A stretch of 53,155 nucleotides of DNA from Patescibacteria group bacterium (GTDB lineage: Bacteria; Patescibacteriota; Microgenomatia; JBGSIU01): the NCBI GenBank assembly GCA_041742375.1, contig JBGSIU010000039.1:1-53155 (forward strand). Reading direction: 5' to 3'. The notes under the pieces are model-generated. The model saw nothing but the letters and a program-made list of their open reading frames with translations, did no database searches and had not been told where the DNA came from. Made by a program: the position numbers and the translations under genes. Positions 25,050 through 34,514 of this stretch are shown here, piece after piece; the stretch's first letter is position 1, and every line of letters starts with the position of its first letter.

Positions 25050-26948
25050 TCAAAGTTTTACTCTCACTTCTTCATCTTTTATTAAATCTAAAAATTGAAC
25101 TTTGCCGTTTATTGAGATCGTCTCGCGCACTTTATCAAACCCCGGCTGTTTTTGAATTAATAAAACATATTCCTTGTCAAAGGCGATGGGAACATCATAT
25201 GTGAATTCAAGGGAAGCTTGATGTTCAGGATACATTGTGAAAAATCCCTCAAAGACTGTTTTTCCGAGCTCGTCATACTGTTTAACTTTTGTTTCTGAAC
25301 CGCGAGTTTCTTTTTCATTTAGTTTTGAGCCTTTGGGAACATAAACACGAACCACGCTCCGGTATAAACTGTTTAAACACAAAACTGTTTTTTGCTCCAA
25401 ATTACAATTTGATGGCGGATAAGGATTATTATATTTAATTACAAGATTATGTTTAACCATATCTTTCTCAACTTCAATCTTCTGTTCTATAGTCTGTGTA
25501 ATAAACATGTTTGATTTTGCGCCTCCCAAATTTGTATCGTTCACATGAAGATAATCTGCGTTAGTTTCCTGGATGCGGCCTGCCCAATTCAGGCTTTCAA
25601 TTCCACGCGCTGCATCCTTATCAAATAAATAAACCAATACGTGTTTTTGGCTTAGCATGTCAAGAGTGGTTTGAAAAATTGGCCCCCAGTATTCTTTGGG
25701 AGATGCTGATAAAACTTTTTTCATCATTTCGAACATCAAGCGGCCAATAATATCTTTCCTACCTTCCTTCACATAATCAAATTGGGTTGTAGACATTTCT
25801 TCAAGAGCATAGACAACTTGAGGACAATCGCATTTTGGCTCGTTATCTGTTGTGAATTTGACGCCATAAACCTCAACCGGTCCAATTATTTTTAAAATAT
25901 TGACTAAAAAGTGAGTGTCTAGTGCAATTATTCCGGTAATTTCTTTTTTATCATCCCGCTTGTAAAGTTCGTAGAACTTATTCATTGAAACTTTAAAATC
26001 TGGGGATAAATTTGTGTCGCGCGCATTCCAATAATAAATATTTTTCAAGTATTTTGTAACCATTTCCGGCGGTTTTTCCCGGCTATTAATTCGCTTATCA
26101 AGTTCATAAATATCTTCTGATTTTTCAACCTCAATTTTGCCTGATTTAGTTTTAAAAACAGCGTATGCCGTGATGAAACCCCCGGTTGATCTTATCTCTT
26201 TGTCATTTTGAAAAAGAACGAGATAACGAACTTCTTTTGGTTCACCAAGAAGACGCGGCAAAATTTTAATCGCCGGCGCCGCTTCTTTAAGCGACAAAAC
26301 TCCACCTTTTAGTAAAGCTTTAACTTGGGTTAATTTATCTTTGATTGCAATCCCCTTAATCTTAAAAGCGTATCTTCCGGGATCTATTGGTTCAATTTCT
26401 TTCTCGGCTAATTCCATTTTTGCTAAAACCTTATCAAAGTTGGGAATAATCTTTTCTAGTGTTTGAACGGCTTTTTGAATTCTCTCTTCTGCTGATCCCA
26501 TAACAAAACTTCCCTGTCCTTTTAAGCCTAACACGTCAGCATAGGGGACAATTGATTCAATAAGCAGTTGGCCTGATTCAGCAGAATATGCACTGGCATT
26601 CAAAATTCTTTCCCCATCCGACACATAACTCCCCAAAAGGGGAATATATTTCATCCAAAGAAGTTTTTGATATGCAGTTTTTGTTTCGGCAAGACGCTGT
26701 CTAGTTATTATTATTTCAGAAGACGCTTTTGCTACATCTTGTTTTTTAAGATATTCATACATTAGTCGAGCACTCTGCGTCGTTACCATCGCTTTTGAGT
26801 AGAAATTTTTCGCGGGCAAAAAAACCGCAAAAATTCCAGTAAATCCAATAATAATAAAAAATATTAAAATTGGTAAAAAAATCTTCCAGTGGAATCGTCT
26901 TCTATTTTGCAATAAGTTATTCAAGATTAATTTAAAACAAAAATTCAA
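25050..26948 (-). CDS. DUF4012-like membrane-anchored protein; TTG start uncertain
   Basis: YLVLFQNDKEIRSTGGF, RDTNLSPDF, NLGGAKSN, QKQPG. Confidence 0.8.
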   Translation of the reverse strand: MNFCFKLILNNLLQNRRRFHWKIFLPILIFFIIIGFTGIFAVFLPAKNFYSKAMVTTQSARLMYEYLKKQDVAKASSEIIITRQRLAETKTAYQKLLWMKYIPLLGSYVSDGERILNASAYSAESGQLLIESIVPYADVLGLKGQGSFVMGSAEERIQKAVQTLEKIIPNFDKVLAKMELAEKEIEPIDPGRYAFKIKGIAIKDKLTQVKALLKGGVLSLKEAAPAIKILPRLLGEPKEVRYLVLFQNDKEIRSTGGFITAYAVFKTKSGKIEVEKSEDIYELDKRINSREKPPEMVTKYLKNIYYWNARDTNLSPDFKVSMNKFYELYKRDDKKEITGIIALDTHFLVNILKIIGPVEVYGVKFTTDNEPKCDCPQVVYALEEMSTTQFDYVKEGRKDIIGRLMFEMMKKVLSASPKEYWGPIFQTTLDMLSQKHVLVYLFDKDAARGIESLNWAGRIQETNADYLHVNDTNLGGAKSNMFITQTIEQKIEVEKDMVKHNLVIKYNNPYPPSNCNLEQKTVLCLNSLYRSVVRVYVPKGSKLNEKETRGSETKVKQYDELGKTVFEGFFTMYPEHQASLEFTYDVPIAFDKEYVLLIQKQPGFDKVRETISINGKVQFLDLIKDEEVRVKL

Positions 26949-26990
26949 GCTTCAAAATTTTGATTTTTGATTTTTGATTTTTGATTTTTA
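26942..26990. repeat. 7-mer array (TTTTTGA)4 with short facing arm
   Basis: aattcaagcttcaaaa ttttga tttttga tttttga tttttga ttttta. Confidence 0.8.
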
Positions 26991-26998
26991 CATCACAT

Positions 26999-27649
26999 TT
27001 ACATTGCTCCTTTTCCGACAATCATCGCCCAAGGAGTGAGTAGCATAATATAAATATCATACCAAATACTCCTTTTTCTTGCATACTGCGCATCCATTTG
27101 AATTCTTTTATCAAAATCAACCTCACTTCTGCCTGAAACCTGCCATACTCCGGTTAATCCGGGCTTCACAATCAACATTTCTTTGACAAGCTCATTTGTT
27201 CCTGGAAATTCTTGCTGTTGATGATCAAGTTCATCCGGATAATAGGCTCTCGGTCCCACAAGGCTCATTTCCCCTTTCAAAACATTAATAAGCTGGGGAA
27301 TCTCGTCAAGCGAGTGTTTGCGAATAAATCCACCTATTTTTGTAACTCGGGGATCAGCTTTTAATTTATAGCTGTTTTTTTTATATTCTGCCAAAAGTTT
27401 GGCAAACTTTGGATCACGGCGAAGCAGTTCGTGCGCATTGACGATCATACTTCTAAATTTATACATTTTAAACTGCTTGCCGTCTTTTCCCACTCTTTTT
27501 GGCGTGTCGGCAAAAATCGGCCCCGGAGAATCAAACTTAATCGCACAAGCGATAATAAGCGATAATGGCAAAAAAAATATAATAAGGATTATCGATCCTA
27601 AAATGTCAATCAAGCGTTTGAGAAAAAAGTACAAAAAACCATTGCTCAA
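26999..27649 (-). CDS. Polyprenyl-phosphate phosphoglycosyl transferase (WcaJ/WbaP C-terminal family), TTG start
   Basis: KRLIDI, YKFRSM, DPRVT, SLDEIPQL, MSLVGPR, KPGLTGVWQVSGR. Confidence 0.93.
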   Translation of the reverse strand: MSNGFLYFFLKRLIDILGSIILIIFFLPLSLIIACAIKFDSPGPIFADTPKRVGKDGKQFKMYKFRSMIVNAHELLRRDPKFAKLLAEYKKNSYKLKADPRVTKIGGFIRKHSLDEIPQLINVLKGEMSLVGPRAYYPDELDHQQQEFPGTNELVKEMLIVKPGLTGVWQVSGRSEVDFDKRIQMDAQYARKRSIWYDIYIMLLTPWAMIVGKGAM

Positions 27650-27706
27650 TTGCTCTGTTGCTCAATCCGCCCATGGCGGATGGAGCAATGGAACAATGGA
27701 ACAATT
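27639..27706. repeat. Inverted 8-mer array with central ATCCGCCCATGGCGGAT hairpin
   Basis: Third copy with hairpin; loop differs, stem kept. Confidence 0.9.
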
Positions 27707-28778
27707 ATAGGTACTCTTCTTTTCCCTCACTCTTTAGTTTTTCCACAACTTTTTTAACTTCCTGCGATTTAAATTTGGAGCAAACTAAAAGCGCATCTGG
27801 CGTGTCAACAATCACTAAATTTTCGCATCCGATTGTTGCCACAATTTTATTTTTGTTAAGTTCATAAATTAAGCAGTCGATTGAACCAATGTCATAATTT
27901 TCTCCTTTCACGACTAATGCTCTCCCATTTTCGGCAAGTTCATCCTTTAACACGCTCCACAATCCAACATCGCTAAATCCCAAATCTGCTGGAATCTCAA
28001 CAATTTTTCCACTCTCTAGCTTCTCATAGATTGCAAAATCAACTGACATTTTGGGAATTGTGTTATATTCTTTCGCAATATAATCTTTCTTTCCTTTGTG
28101 AACCAAAATTTCTTGAAGCGTTTGATAGACTTCCGGAGCATGCTGTTTATATAAATTCAACATAAGCGTTGATTTAAAAACCTTAAACCCTGTGTGCCAC
28201 AAAAAGCGATAGTTTCTGACAAATTGTTTAGCTTTTTGCAAATCAGGCTTTTCAATTTGGCGAACAAACTGAAAAACTGAAAAACCATCAACCTCTTTAA
28301 GCATTTTACCCATTTCCATATAGCCTAAGCTTACATTTGGGAATGTTGGCCGCGCATCAATATTAACAATCACATCCTCATTTTGAACAATTTTTTCACC
28401 AGCTTTAAGAGCTCTAAGCAGCTCTTCTTCATTGCGAATATAATGATCTGACCACATGGAGCCGATAATACATCCGGGGAATTTTTCGTGAAGAATGGAA
28501 ACGGCGTATCCAACGCAAGCTAAAGTGTCTCTTTTATCTGGTTCTAAAATAAAATTTTCCTTTGGAATTTCAGGAGCTTCCGATTGAATGTTTTTCGCAT
28601 ACTCCTCTGCAGTCGAAATATAAATATCCTTGACAGGATAACCTTTAATAATTCTTTCAATTGTTTGGCGAAAAAGAGTTTTTTCTCCAATTAACGGTTG
28701 AAATTGCTTTGGGTATTTATCACGGCTCATTGGCCACATCCGCGTACCTGACCCACCACAGAAAATAATGATTTTCAT
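27705..28778 (-). CDS. manC: Mannose-1-phosphate guanylyltransferase-like nucleotidyltransferase
   Basis: GGSGTRMWPMSR..PKQF, EPDKRDT, SDH, EKP, SVDFAIYEK, SDVG, IVDTPDALLV. Confidence 0.85.
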   Translation of the reverse strand: MKIIIFCGGSGTRMWPMSRDKYPKQFQPLIGEKTLFRQTIERIIKGYPVKDIYISTAEEYAKNIQSEAPEIPKENFILEPDKRDTLACVGYAVSILHEKFPGCIIGSMWSDHYIRNEEELLRALKAGEKIVQNEDVIVNIDARPTFPNVSLGYMEMGKMLKEVDGFSVFQFVRQIEKPDLQKAKQFVRNYRFLWHTGFKVFKSTLMLNLYKQHAPEVYQTLQEILVHKGKKDYIAKEYNTIPKMSVDFAIYEKLESGKIVEIPADLGFSDVGLWSVLKDELAENGRALVVKGENYDIGSIDCLIYELNKNKIVATIGCENLVIVDTPDALLVCSKFKSQEVKKVVEKLKSEGKEEYL

Positions 28779-28783
28779 AATTT

Positions 28784-28896
28784 TCAGAACACTCGGAAGA
28801 CTCTAAAACATCAGACAAAATCAGAAATTCAGAAAATCTGATTATCTGACATTTTTGGTTTTCTAAAATTCTGACCTTCCGAGTTTTCCGAGTTTT
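28784..28896. repeat. Inverted 8/9-mer array (TCrGAArAC-like)
   Basis: tcagaacac tcggaagac tctaaaaca tcagacaaaa tcagaaat tcagaaaa facing tctga.. ttccgag ttttccgag. Confidence 0.8.
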
Positions 28897-29996
28897 CAAA
28901 CATCAACAATATTTATTAATTTATTCTTAAATCTCTCCTTGTTAAATCTTTTTAAATTTTCATCAAAATCTATCTTTCGATATTTTTCTTTTTTGAAATC
29001 TAACACAATCTTCTTCAATTCCTCCTTGTCTTTAAACACTTCCCCCGTTTTACCAATTATAAGTGTTTCCTTCGTCCCGCCACGCTTGTTGCATATAACC
29101 GGTTTATAAAAAGCCTGAGCCTCGAGCGATGTTAAGCCAAAATCCTCAATCCCTGGATAAATCAAAGCTACGCATTCATTATACAGCTTACTAAGCTCAT
29201 TATCGCTCACTTGCCCTTTAAATATTATATTATCTTTTGCCTTTTTTTTCAGTCGAGCTTCGTTCACCCCGGTACCAACAATAATCAGAGATTTATCAAG
29301 ATCATTAAAAACGCGAATTGCCATATCGATTTGTTTATATGGAACCAGGCGGGAAACGATCAGAAAGTATTTTTCTGCTTTTTTCCTAATTTCCCCGCGT
29401 TCCCCAATTTCCCTTATTCCTCTCTTTTCTTCAAAACTCACGGGCGGATACACCACAGTGCTTTTTCTTCTATAATACTTCCAAATTCTTAATTTTACTT
29501 CTTCTGAAATTGCAATAAATTTGTCAATCTTTTGTGCCACTTCAAAATCTTTCATCCTCATTAAAGGTGCAAATATTAATAAAAACATTTTTGCAATTTT
29601 ATCAAAAGCTCCAAATCCGGGGGTTTTTAAGTAATCAAAATAACCACTCCATAGATATCTTGTTGGAGTCAGGCAATAATTAATATGAATGTTTTCTGAC
29701 GAAACTTTAATATATTTTGCTTCCGCAGATGAAACACTTAAAACAACATCATATTCGTTAAAATTAAAGCCAGAGAAAGCAGCTGGCATTAAATTCGGTA
29801 AGATTTCGTGCGGTAAGAATTTAAACCATTGTAAAAATGAAGTTTTCACTTGGAATTTCTTTGCCCAAGGCGCTTTTTCTAAATCACAAATAGAGGTGTA
29901 AAGAGGCGCATCTGGCCAAATTTCGTGTAATATTTCCAACACTCGTTCTGCTCCGCCAATTTTATTTACCCTGTCATAAATTATTCCAATCTTCAT
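28896..29996 (-). CDS. GT4 glycosyltransferase (WbaZ-like mannosyltransferase)
   Basis: GGAERVL, YCLTPTRYLW, SRLVPYK, EDFGLTSLEAQA. Confidence 0.9.
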   Translation of the reverse strand: MKIGIIYDRVNKIGGAERVLEILHEIWPDAPLYTSICDLEKAPWAKKFQVKTSFLQWFKFLPHEILPNLMPAAFSGFNFNEYDVVLSVSSAEAKYIKVSSENIHINYCLTPTRYLWSGYFDYLKTPGFGAFDKIAKMFLLIFAPLMRMKDFEVAQKIDKFIAISEEVKLRIWKYYRRKSTVVYPPVSFEEKRGIREIGERGEIRKKAEKYFLIVSRLVPYKQIDMAIRVFNDLDKSLIIVGTGVNEARLKKKAKDNIIFKGQVSDNELSKLYNECVALIYPGIEDFGLTSLEAQAFYKPVICNKRGGTKETLIIGKTGEVFKDKEELKKIVLDFKKEKYRKIDFDENLKRFNKERFKNKLINIVDV

Positions 29997-31156
29997 GTAG
30001 CTCTCTTGCTATCATGATCTAGATCATGATAGCAGACAGTGTTATAAATATTAAGTATTTCAGCGCCCATTTTTTCCCATGAATAGTTAGACGCTTGAAC
30101 CATACCGCTTAAAATCATTTTTTGTCTCAATTCTTCATTTTCTAAAAGCTTCATAATTTTATTTTTCAGGTCAACTGCGTTTTTGGGATTAAAAAAAATA
30201 GCGGCATCACCGTATATTTCATGAAAAACCGGAATGTCTGACGCAACCACTGGACAACCCAAATTCATGGCTTCAACCCCCGGAATACCAAAACCCTCAG
30301 AAAGGGATGGGAAAACAAGACAGGTGGCATTTTGATAGTATTCTCTCAATTTTGCATTTGGAATCAAACCGGTAAAATCAATTTTTGTTTCTAAATTTAG
30401 GCTTTGGATAAACTTAAACAGCTTTTGGTAAAAAAAATCAAATCCCGAAACAATCACCAGCTTAATATTCTTAAACTCTTTTTCTTTAGCTAACTCTTCA
30501 TATGCTAAAACCAACGTCTCTAAATTTTTATGAGGGTGAAGATTACCAACGTATAAAATATATTGTTTTTTTTGTAGAGACGCATCATGATGCGCCTCTA
30601 CATGGGAATCACACTCAAGCTCGCCCCCGTTGTAAACGACAATTATCTTTTCTTCATCTATTCCGTACATTTTCGCTATCTCATTTTTAACCGTGTCGGA
30701 CACTGTTAAGATTTTTTCAGCGCGCTTCACTGCAAACCAAATCGTTAAATAATAAAATAATTTTTTTGCCCAATACAATAATTTCGGCAAGGATGTCGCC
30801 TTTCCTGTTTTAAATTTATTAATTGTAAGGTCGTGAATTGTCACAATAAAACGGCCTAAGTAAAAAATCGGGGCGTTAAAATACGGGAAATGAACGATAT
30901 CAATTTTATTTTTATATAGAATATAGGGGATAATAATCTGTTCTCTCACACTATGCCATTTGGCAGAAGTAGATATGATTTTTAAATTTGCCGGGTATTT
31001 TGTAAAAAGTTTTGTGTCCGTTTTATAAACAATCAAAAAATATTCTTTATCTTTTTCTTGAAAAGCATGTTTTTCTAGTTCTGATAATATTGCTCTGATA
31101 TAACGTCCAACCCCAGTTTGACTGTAAAGCCTGCAATCAATGCAAATTTTTTTCAT
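29993..31156 (-). CDS. GT4 glycosyltransferase
   Basis: GVGRY, TIHDL, HKN, PSLSEGFGIPGVEAM. Confidence 0.92.
   Translation of the reverse strand: MKKICIDCRLYSQTGVGRYIRAILSELEKHAFQEKDKEYFLIVYKTDTKLFTKYPANLKIISTSAKWHSVREQIIIPYILYKNKIDIVHFPYFNAPIFYLGRFIVTIHDLTINKFKTGKATSLPKLLYWAKKLFYYLTIWFAVKRAEKILTVSDTVKNEIAKMYGIDEEKIIVVYNGGELECDSHVEAHHDASLQKKQYILYVGNLHPHKNLETLVLAYEELAKEKEFKNIKLVIVSGFDFFYQKLFKFIQSLNLETKIDFTGLIPNAKLREYYQNATCLVFPSLSEGFGIPGVEAMNLGCPVVASDIPVFHEIYGDAAIFFNPKNAVDLKNKIMKLLENEELRQKMILSGMVQASNYSWEKMGAEILNIYNTVCYHDLDHDSKRAT
30007..30034. repeat. Perfect 28-bp palindrome in GT4 3' end
   Basis: TGCTATCATGATCT|AGATCATGATAGCA. Confidence 0.9.
30573..30602. repeat. GTAG-type REP-like palindrome in frame in GT4
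   Basis: TGTAGAGACGCATCATGATGCGCCTCTACA, one mismatch; encodes VEAHHDASLQ. Confidence 0.8.
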
Positions 31157-31166
31157 TATAAAACGG

Positions 31167-32048
31167 TTAGCCGAATAATTTTAATAAATTTAACACTGTA
31201 AAATTAATAATTCCAGGATATTTTTTCAAATAATGTTTTTCGTAAAAAATCCTCATTGTCAACCAAAAATACTTTTGTGTTTGTTTCTGCAATGTGGAGC
31301 TCTGTGCTTCTCTGCCACTCTGCTTTTTATAATGAATTATCTCAAACTGTGGGTTATACCAAATTGAAAAACCCGATTGCTTAACTCGGTAACACCAGTC
31401 TAAATCTTCGCCGTACATAAAGTAATCTTCATCAAGAAGCCCTACTCGATGAATTACATTGCGGCGAATCATGAAAAACGCCCCGGAAATCGCATCCACT
31501 TCATGAATTAATTTTAAATCCTTATAATACTGGTGATAACCGGAGAATAATTTAATTTTCGGGAAAAGCTTTTCTAAACCAGTAAAATAGCAAAACGCAT
31601 TCCATGGTGTCGGGAACCCCCGATGGCAAGCGGGATCCATTTTCCCATTTTCCAGCAGGATCCTACACGTTACCACTCCCATATTTTTTCCCAAATTTCC
31701 CTTAACTCCCCCGTCTCCAATAAATCTGAGCATTCCCTGAATCGTTCCTTCTTTTACTTCTGTATCCGAATTAAGAAGCAACACGTAATCGCCTCCGGCA
31801 ATTTTTATCCCCTGATTATTCGCCCTCGCAAAACCAAGATTATCTTTATTTTGAATAAATTTTCCATAATTTTGAATTTTAAATTTTGAATTTTGAATTT
31901 TATCAGACCCATTATCAACAACAATAATTTCATATTCTTGGTTTTCTAACTCTTGACTGCAATATTTAAAAAGGCTGCCAAGGCACTTTTCTAACAGTTC
32001 CCGTGTATTGTAATTAACGATGATGATTGAAAGTACACAATAAAGCAT
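31167..32048 (-). CDS. GT2 glycosyltransferase (WbbL-like)
   Basis: LSIIIVNYN, VVDNGS, NLGFARANN, LLNSD, GAFF, FMYGEDLDWC; ATG 32048. Confidence 0.92.
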   Translation of the reverse strand: MLYCVLSIIIVNYNTRELLEKCLGSLFKYCSQELENQEYEIIVVDNGSDKIQNSKFKIQNYGKFIQNKDNLGFARANNQGIKIAGGDYVLLLNSDTEVKEGTIQGMLRFIGDGGVKGNLGKNMGVVTCRILLENGKMDPACHRGFPTPWNAFCYFTGLEKLFPKIKLFSGYHQYYKDLKLIHEVDAISGAFFMIRRNVIHRVGLLDEDYFMYGEDLDWCYRVKQSGFSIWYNPQFEIIHYKKQSGREAQSSTLQKQTQKYFWLTMRIFYEKHYLKKYPGIINFTVLNLLKLFG

Positions 32049-32169
32049 TATATCCAAAAACTGGCAAATGTCCGCATATTGTCATCTCTTCTTGATTGAC
32101 GATGACCTTATTAACACATTGCCAAAGAATTTCTTCCTTCGTAAAAATTATATCAGTTTTTCGAGCCAT
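32014..32169 (-). pseudogene. Putative C-terminal remnant of a site-specific recombinase
   Basis: 51-aa ORF KEEILWQCVNKVIVNQEEMTICGHLPV reading across the island boundary; resemblance to serine recombinase tails is from memory only. Confidence 0.4.
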
Positions 32170-32269
32170 TAATTCGCAGCTCAGCATTTTACTTTTTGCC
32201 GTTTTTTATACGCCTCTATAACGTGTTATGAAGAATCTGTGCCATAAGTTTCCGTAAAATTGTCCGATT

Positions 32270-33205
32270 TCATTTAAGAAAATATATATAGGCTATAAAA
32301 AGACAAAGCAGAAATACTCCCATATATTTTGGAATATTTTTTCCTTTGCTTACGATAACCACTGCAGTGAATAACAATGTAGCTATTGTAAGCATAAATA
32401 TTTCATAAACAGTCATTATTTTCCAGGAGGAAAAAAATAACAAGATTCCGCCGATGAGCGCTAAATTGTAAATATTGCTTCCGATAATGTTTCCAATCGT
32501 GATTTTTTCTTCATGATTTTTTTGGCTAAATATTGTTGTCATCAGTTCGGGTATTGAGGTTGCAATCGCCGTGATAGATAAACCAAGTAAAGTTGTCGAC
32601 AAACCCAAAAGCGAGGATAATTTCTCAATCGAAGAAACGGTGACAATACCGCCGAGAACAATACCAACAAGGACAAAGAACAACTTGCCTATGTCAATCC
32701 GTTGGAAACTCGCTGTTCCCATTCTCTTATATGATTGGCCATCTTCGTGGTTTCTTCCATTAATTCCCCAAACATATTGTTCTAGTGTAATAAGTATTGC
32801 AACAAATAATAAGATAATGCCTCCCGTCCTGCTTGATAACCCGGAAAAATATAAGAACAAGAATAATCCCGTTATTCCAACCATTATGTACGCATTGCGT
32901 TGGGTTTTTGTGGTACCTACTCGAAGTTTTCCCGTCAAAATGCCTACCGCAAAAACCAAAAACACATTTACAATGTTTGAACCAATAATATTTCCCATCG
33001 CCAAACCTGCATCATTGTTGGCTATTGCAACAACGGAAACAACAAATTCCGGAAGAGATGTTCCGATAGACACAACCGTAAGTCCGATAACTAACGAAGA
33101 CATTTTTAAAGATGTTGAGATGCGTTCTGCCAATTTTATAAAAAATTGTGTTGACAGAAGAAGCAATATTATGCCAAAAGTAAACAAGAGAAGAGCTGTT
33201 AACAT
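32270..33205 (-). CDS. Ca2+/Na+ antiporter (YrbG/CaCA family)
   Basis: Two alpha repeats GTSLPE...GNIIGSN and ATSIPE...GNIIGSN; about 10 TM. Confidence 0.92.
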   Translation of the reverse strand: MLTALLLFTFGIILLLLSTQFFIKLAERISTSLKMSSLVIGLTVVSIGTSLPEFVVSVVAIANNDAGLAMGNIIGSNIVNVFLVFAVGILTGKLRVGTTKTQRNAYIMVGITGLFLFLYFSGLSSRTGGIILLFVAILITLEQYVWGINGRNHEDGQSYKRMGTASFQRIDIGKLFFVLVGIVLGGIVTVSSIEKLSSLLGLSTTLLGLSITAIATSIPELMTTIFSQKNHEEKITIGNIIGSNIYNLALIGGILLFFSSWKIMTVYEIFMLTIATLLFTAVVIVSKGKNIPKYMGVFLLCLFIAYIYFLK

Positions 33206-33365
33206 AATATATAGTATAATATATATTGTTAGAACATACACTCCTTTGAAAAAATATCTTCGTATTGCAACGGGGCATGTCTTCTAGTTCGTACTATTCT
33301 ATCGCTTTCAATTTTAGCTTAGAAATGATATAATTCCCTTGTTAATATGAGCTGTCCTGAAGATA

Positions 33366-34514
33366 ATGAAAATCCTAACCAATGTCCGTTTTTACCACCT
33401 TGCGGGAATTTCCCAGGCTGTACAGTCTTTTTTGTCATCCTTCGAGAGACAAGACCGGGATAAAATCATTGGCGTTAATCTTACCGACACCTCAGAAATA
33501 AATTATTCTCGCATAAAGAAAAATAGTAATAATTGCCATATTATCTCCAAACAAATCCAATTTCCAAATATGAATCAAATCATTCAAAATTGCCGCACAA
33601 CGAGCGACTTGGAGAAAAATTATAAAGAAATAATTGATACATATAGAGCTGTCATGAAAAATGAAAAACCAGATGCCGTCTTGATTAACGGCACCTATTT
33701 TTTGCCGTGGTGCCTTTACCAAGCAAGCCTTTCATTTAGAACCAAAAGAATTTTGCATTATCACGGTATCCTCACTAAAGAAATCTGCCATTGGAAAAAA
33801 GAAAATCGGTTTATTTTTGAACAAATGGAGAAAACTTTTGATGATAAAAAACTGTTTTATATCTTTCCTTCTCTTTTTGCTAAAAAAACCGTGGAGGACG
33901 AGGTTTTTAAACATAAAATTAAATCTAACTTTGCAGTTATGCCAAACCCCATTTTTTTCAAACCAATTTTACGCGACGCAAAAAGAGAGATTAAACGAAG
34001 AGATAAAAGGAATGTTGGTTCGGTAACGAGATGGACAGCGATTAAAAATCCGCTTTTTTTAAGAAAGATTGCTAAGCATGATTTAAAGCAGGGTGATAAA
34101 TTCGATTTTCATGTGATCACCGATTTATCCGACAAATCACGCTTAAGAAAGAAGCTCAACTGTCTTTTAAATTTTCAGTCCTCAATGAATCATGCGGCTT
34201 TAAAAAAATACTATGATAGTATGGATTTAATCATTAGTCCTTCGCATTTTGAAACATACGGCAATGTCGCTCAGGAGGCACTTGTTCATGGAACACCAGC
34301 ATTAGTAAGCTCAAACATGGGAGTGGCAGAAACTTTTAATAAATTCGGGCTTGACCGCTATGTGATTGATTTTAATTCCACGTCCAATGTGTACAAACAA
34401 ATTAAAGAAATATCTCACGAAAAAATTGATTATGGATTGCGCCGTCTGATGGCCGCTGAACTTTCTCCTGATATAATTCACGGAAAGATATTGTCTACTA
34501 TTAAATCCTTTTAA
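33366..34514 (+). CDS. Divergent GT4 glycosyltransferase (island cargo)
   Basis: PSHFETYGNVAQEA EX7E motif. Confidence 0.85.
   Translation: MKILTNVRFYHLAGISQAVQSFLSSFERQDRDKIIGVNLTDTSEINYSRIKKNSNNCHIISKQIQFPNMNQIIQNCRTTSDLEKNYKEIIDTYRAVMKNEKPDAVLINGTYFLPWCLYQASLSFRTKRILHYHGILTKEICHWKKENRFIFEQMEKTFDDKKLFYIFPSLFAKKTVEDEVFKHKIKSNFAVMPNPIFFKPILRDAKREIKRRDKRNVGSVTRWTAIKNPLFLRKIAKHDLKQGDKFDFHVITDLSDKSRLRKKLNCLLNFQSSMNHAALKKYYDSMDLIISPSHFETYGNVAQEALVHGTPALVSSNMGVAETFNKFGLDRYVIDFNSTSNVYKQIKEISHEKIDYGLRRLMAAELSPDIIHGKILSTIKSF

Noticed and set aside
32215-32232. Integron attC site after the antiporter
   Set aside because: Only a short ATAAC/GTTAT palindrome; no L boxes, proper length or integrase.
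32571-33287. 238-aa plus-strand ORF and other shadow ORFs (e.g. 604-927, 37847-38371)
   Set aside because: Antisense to well-supported genes, with no recognisable motifs.
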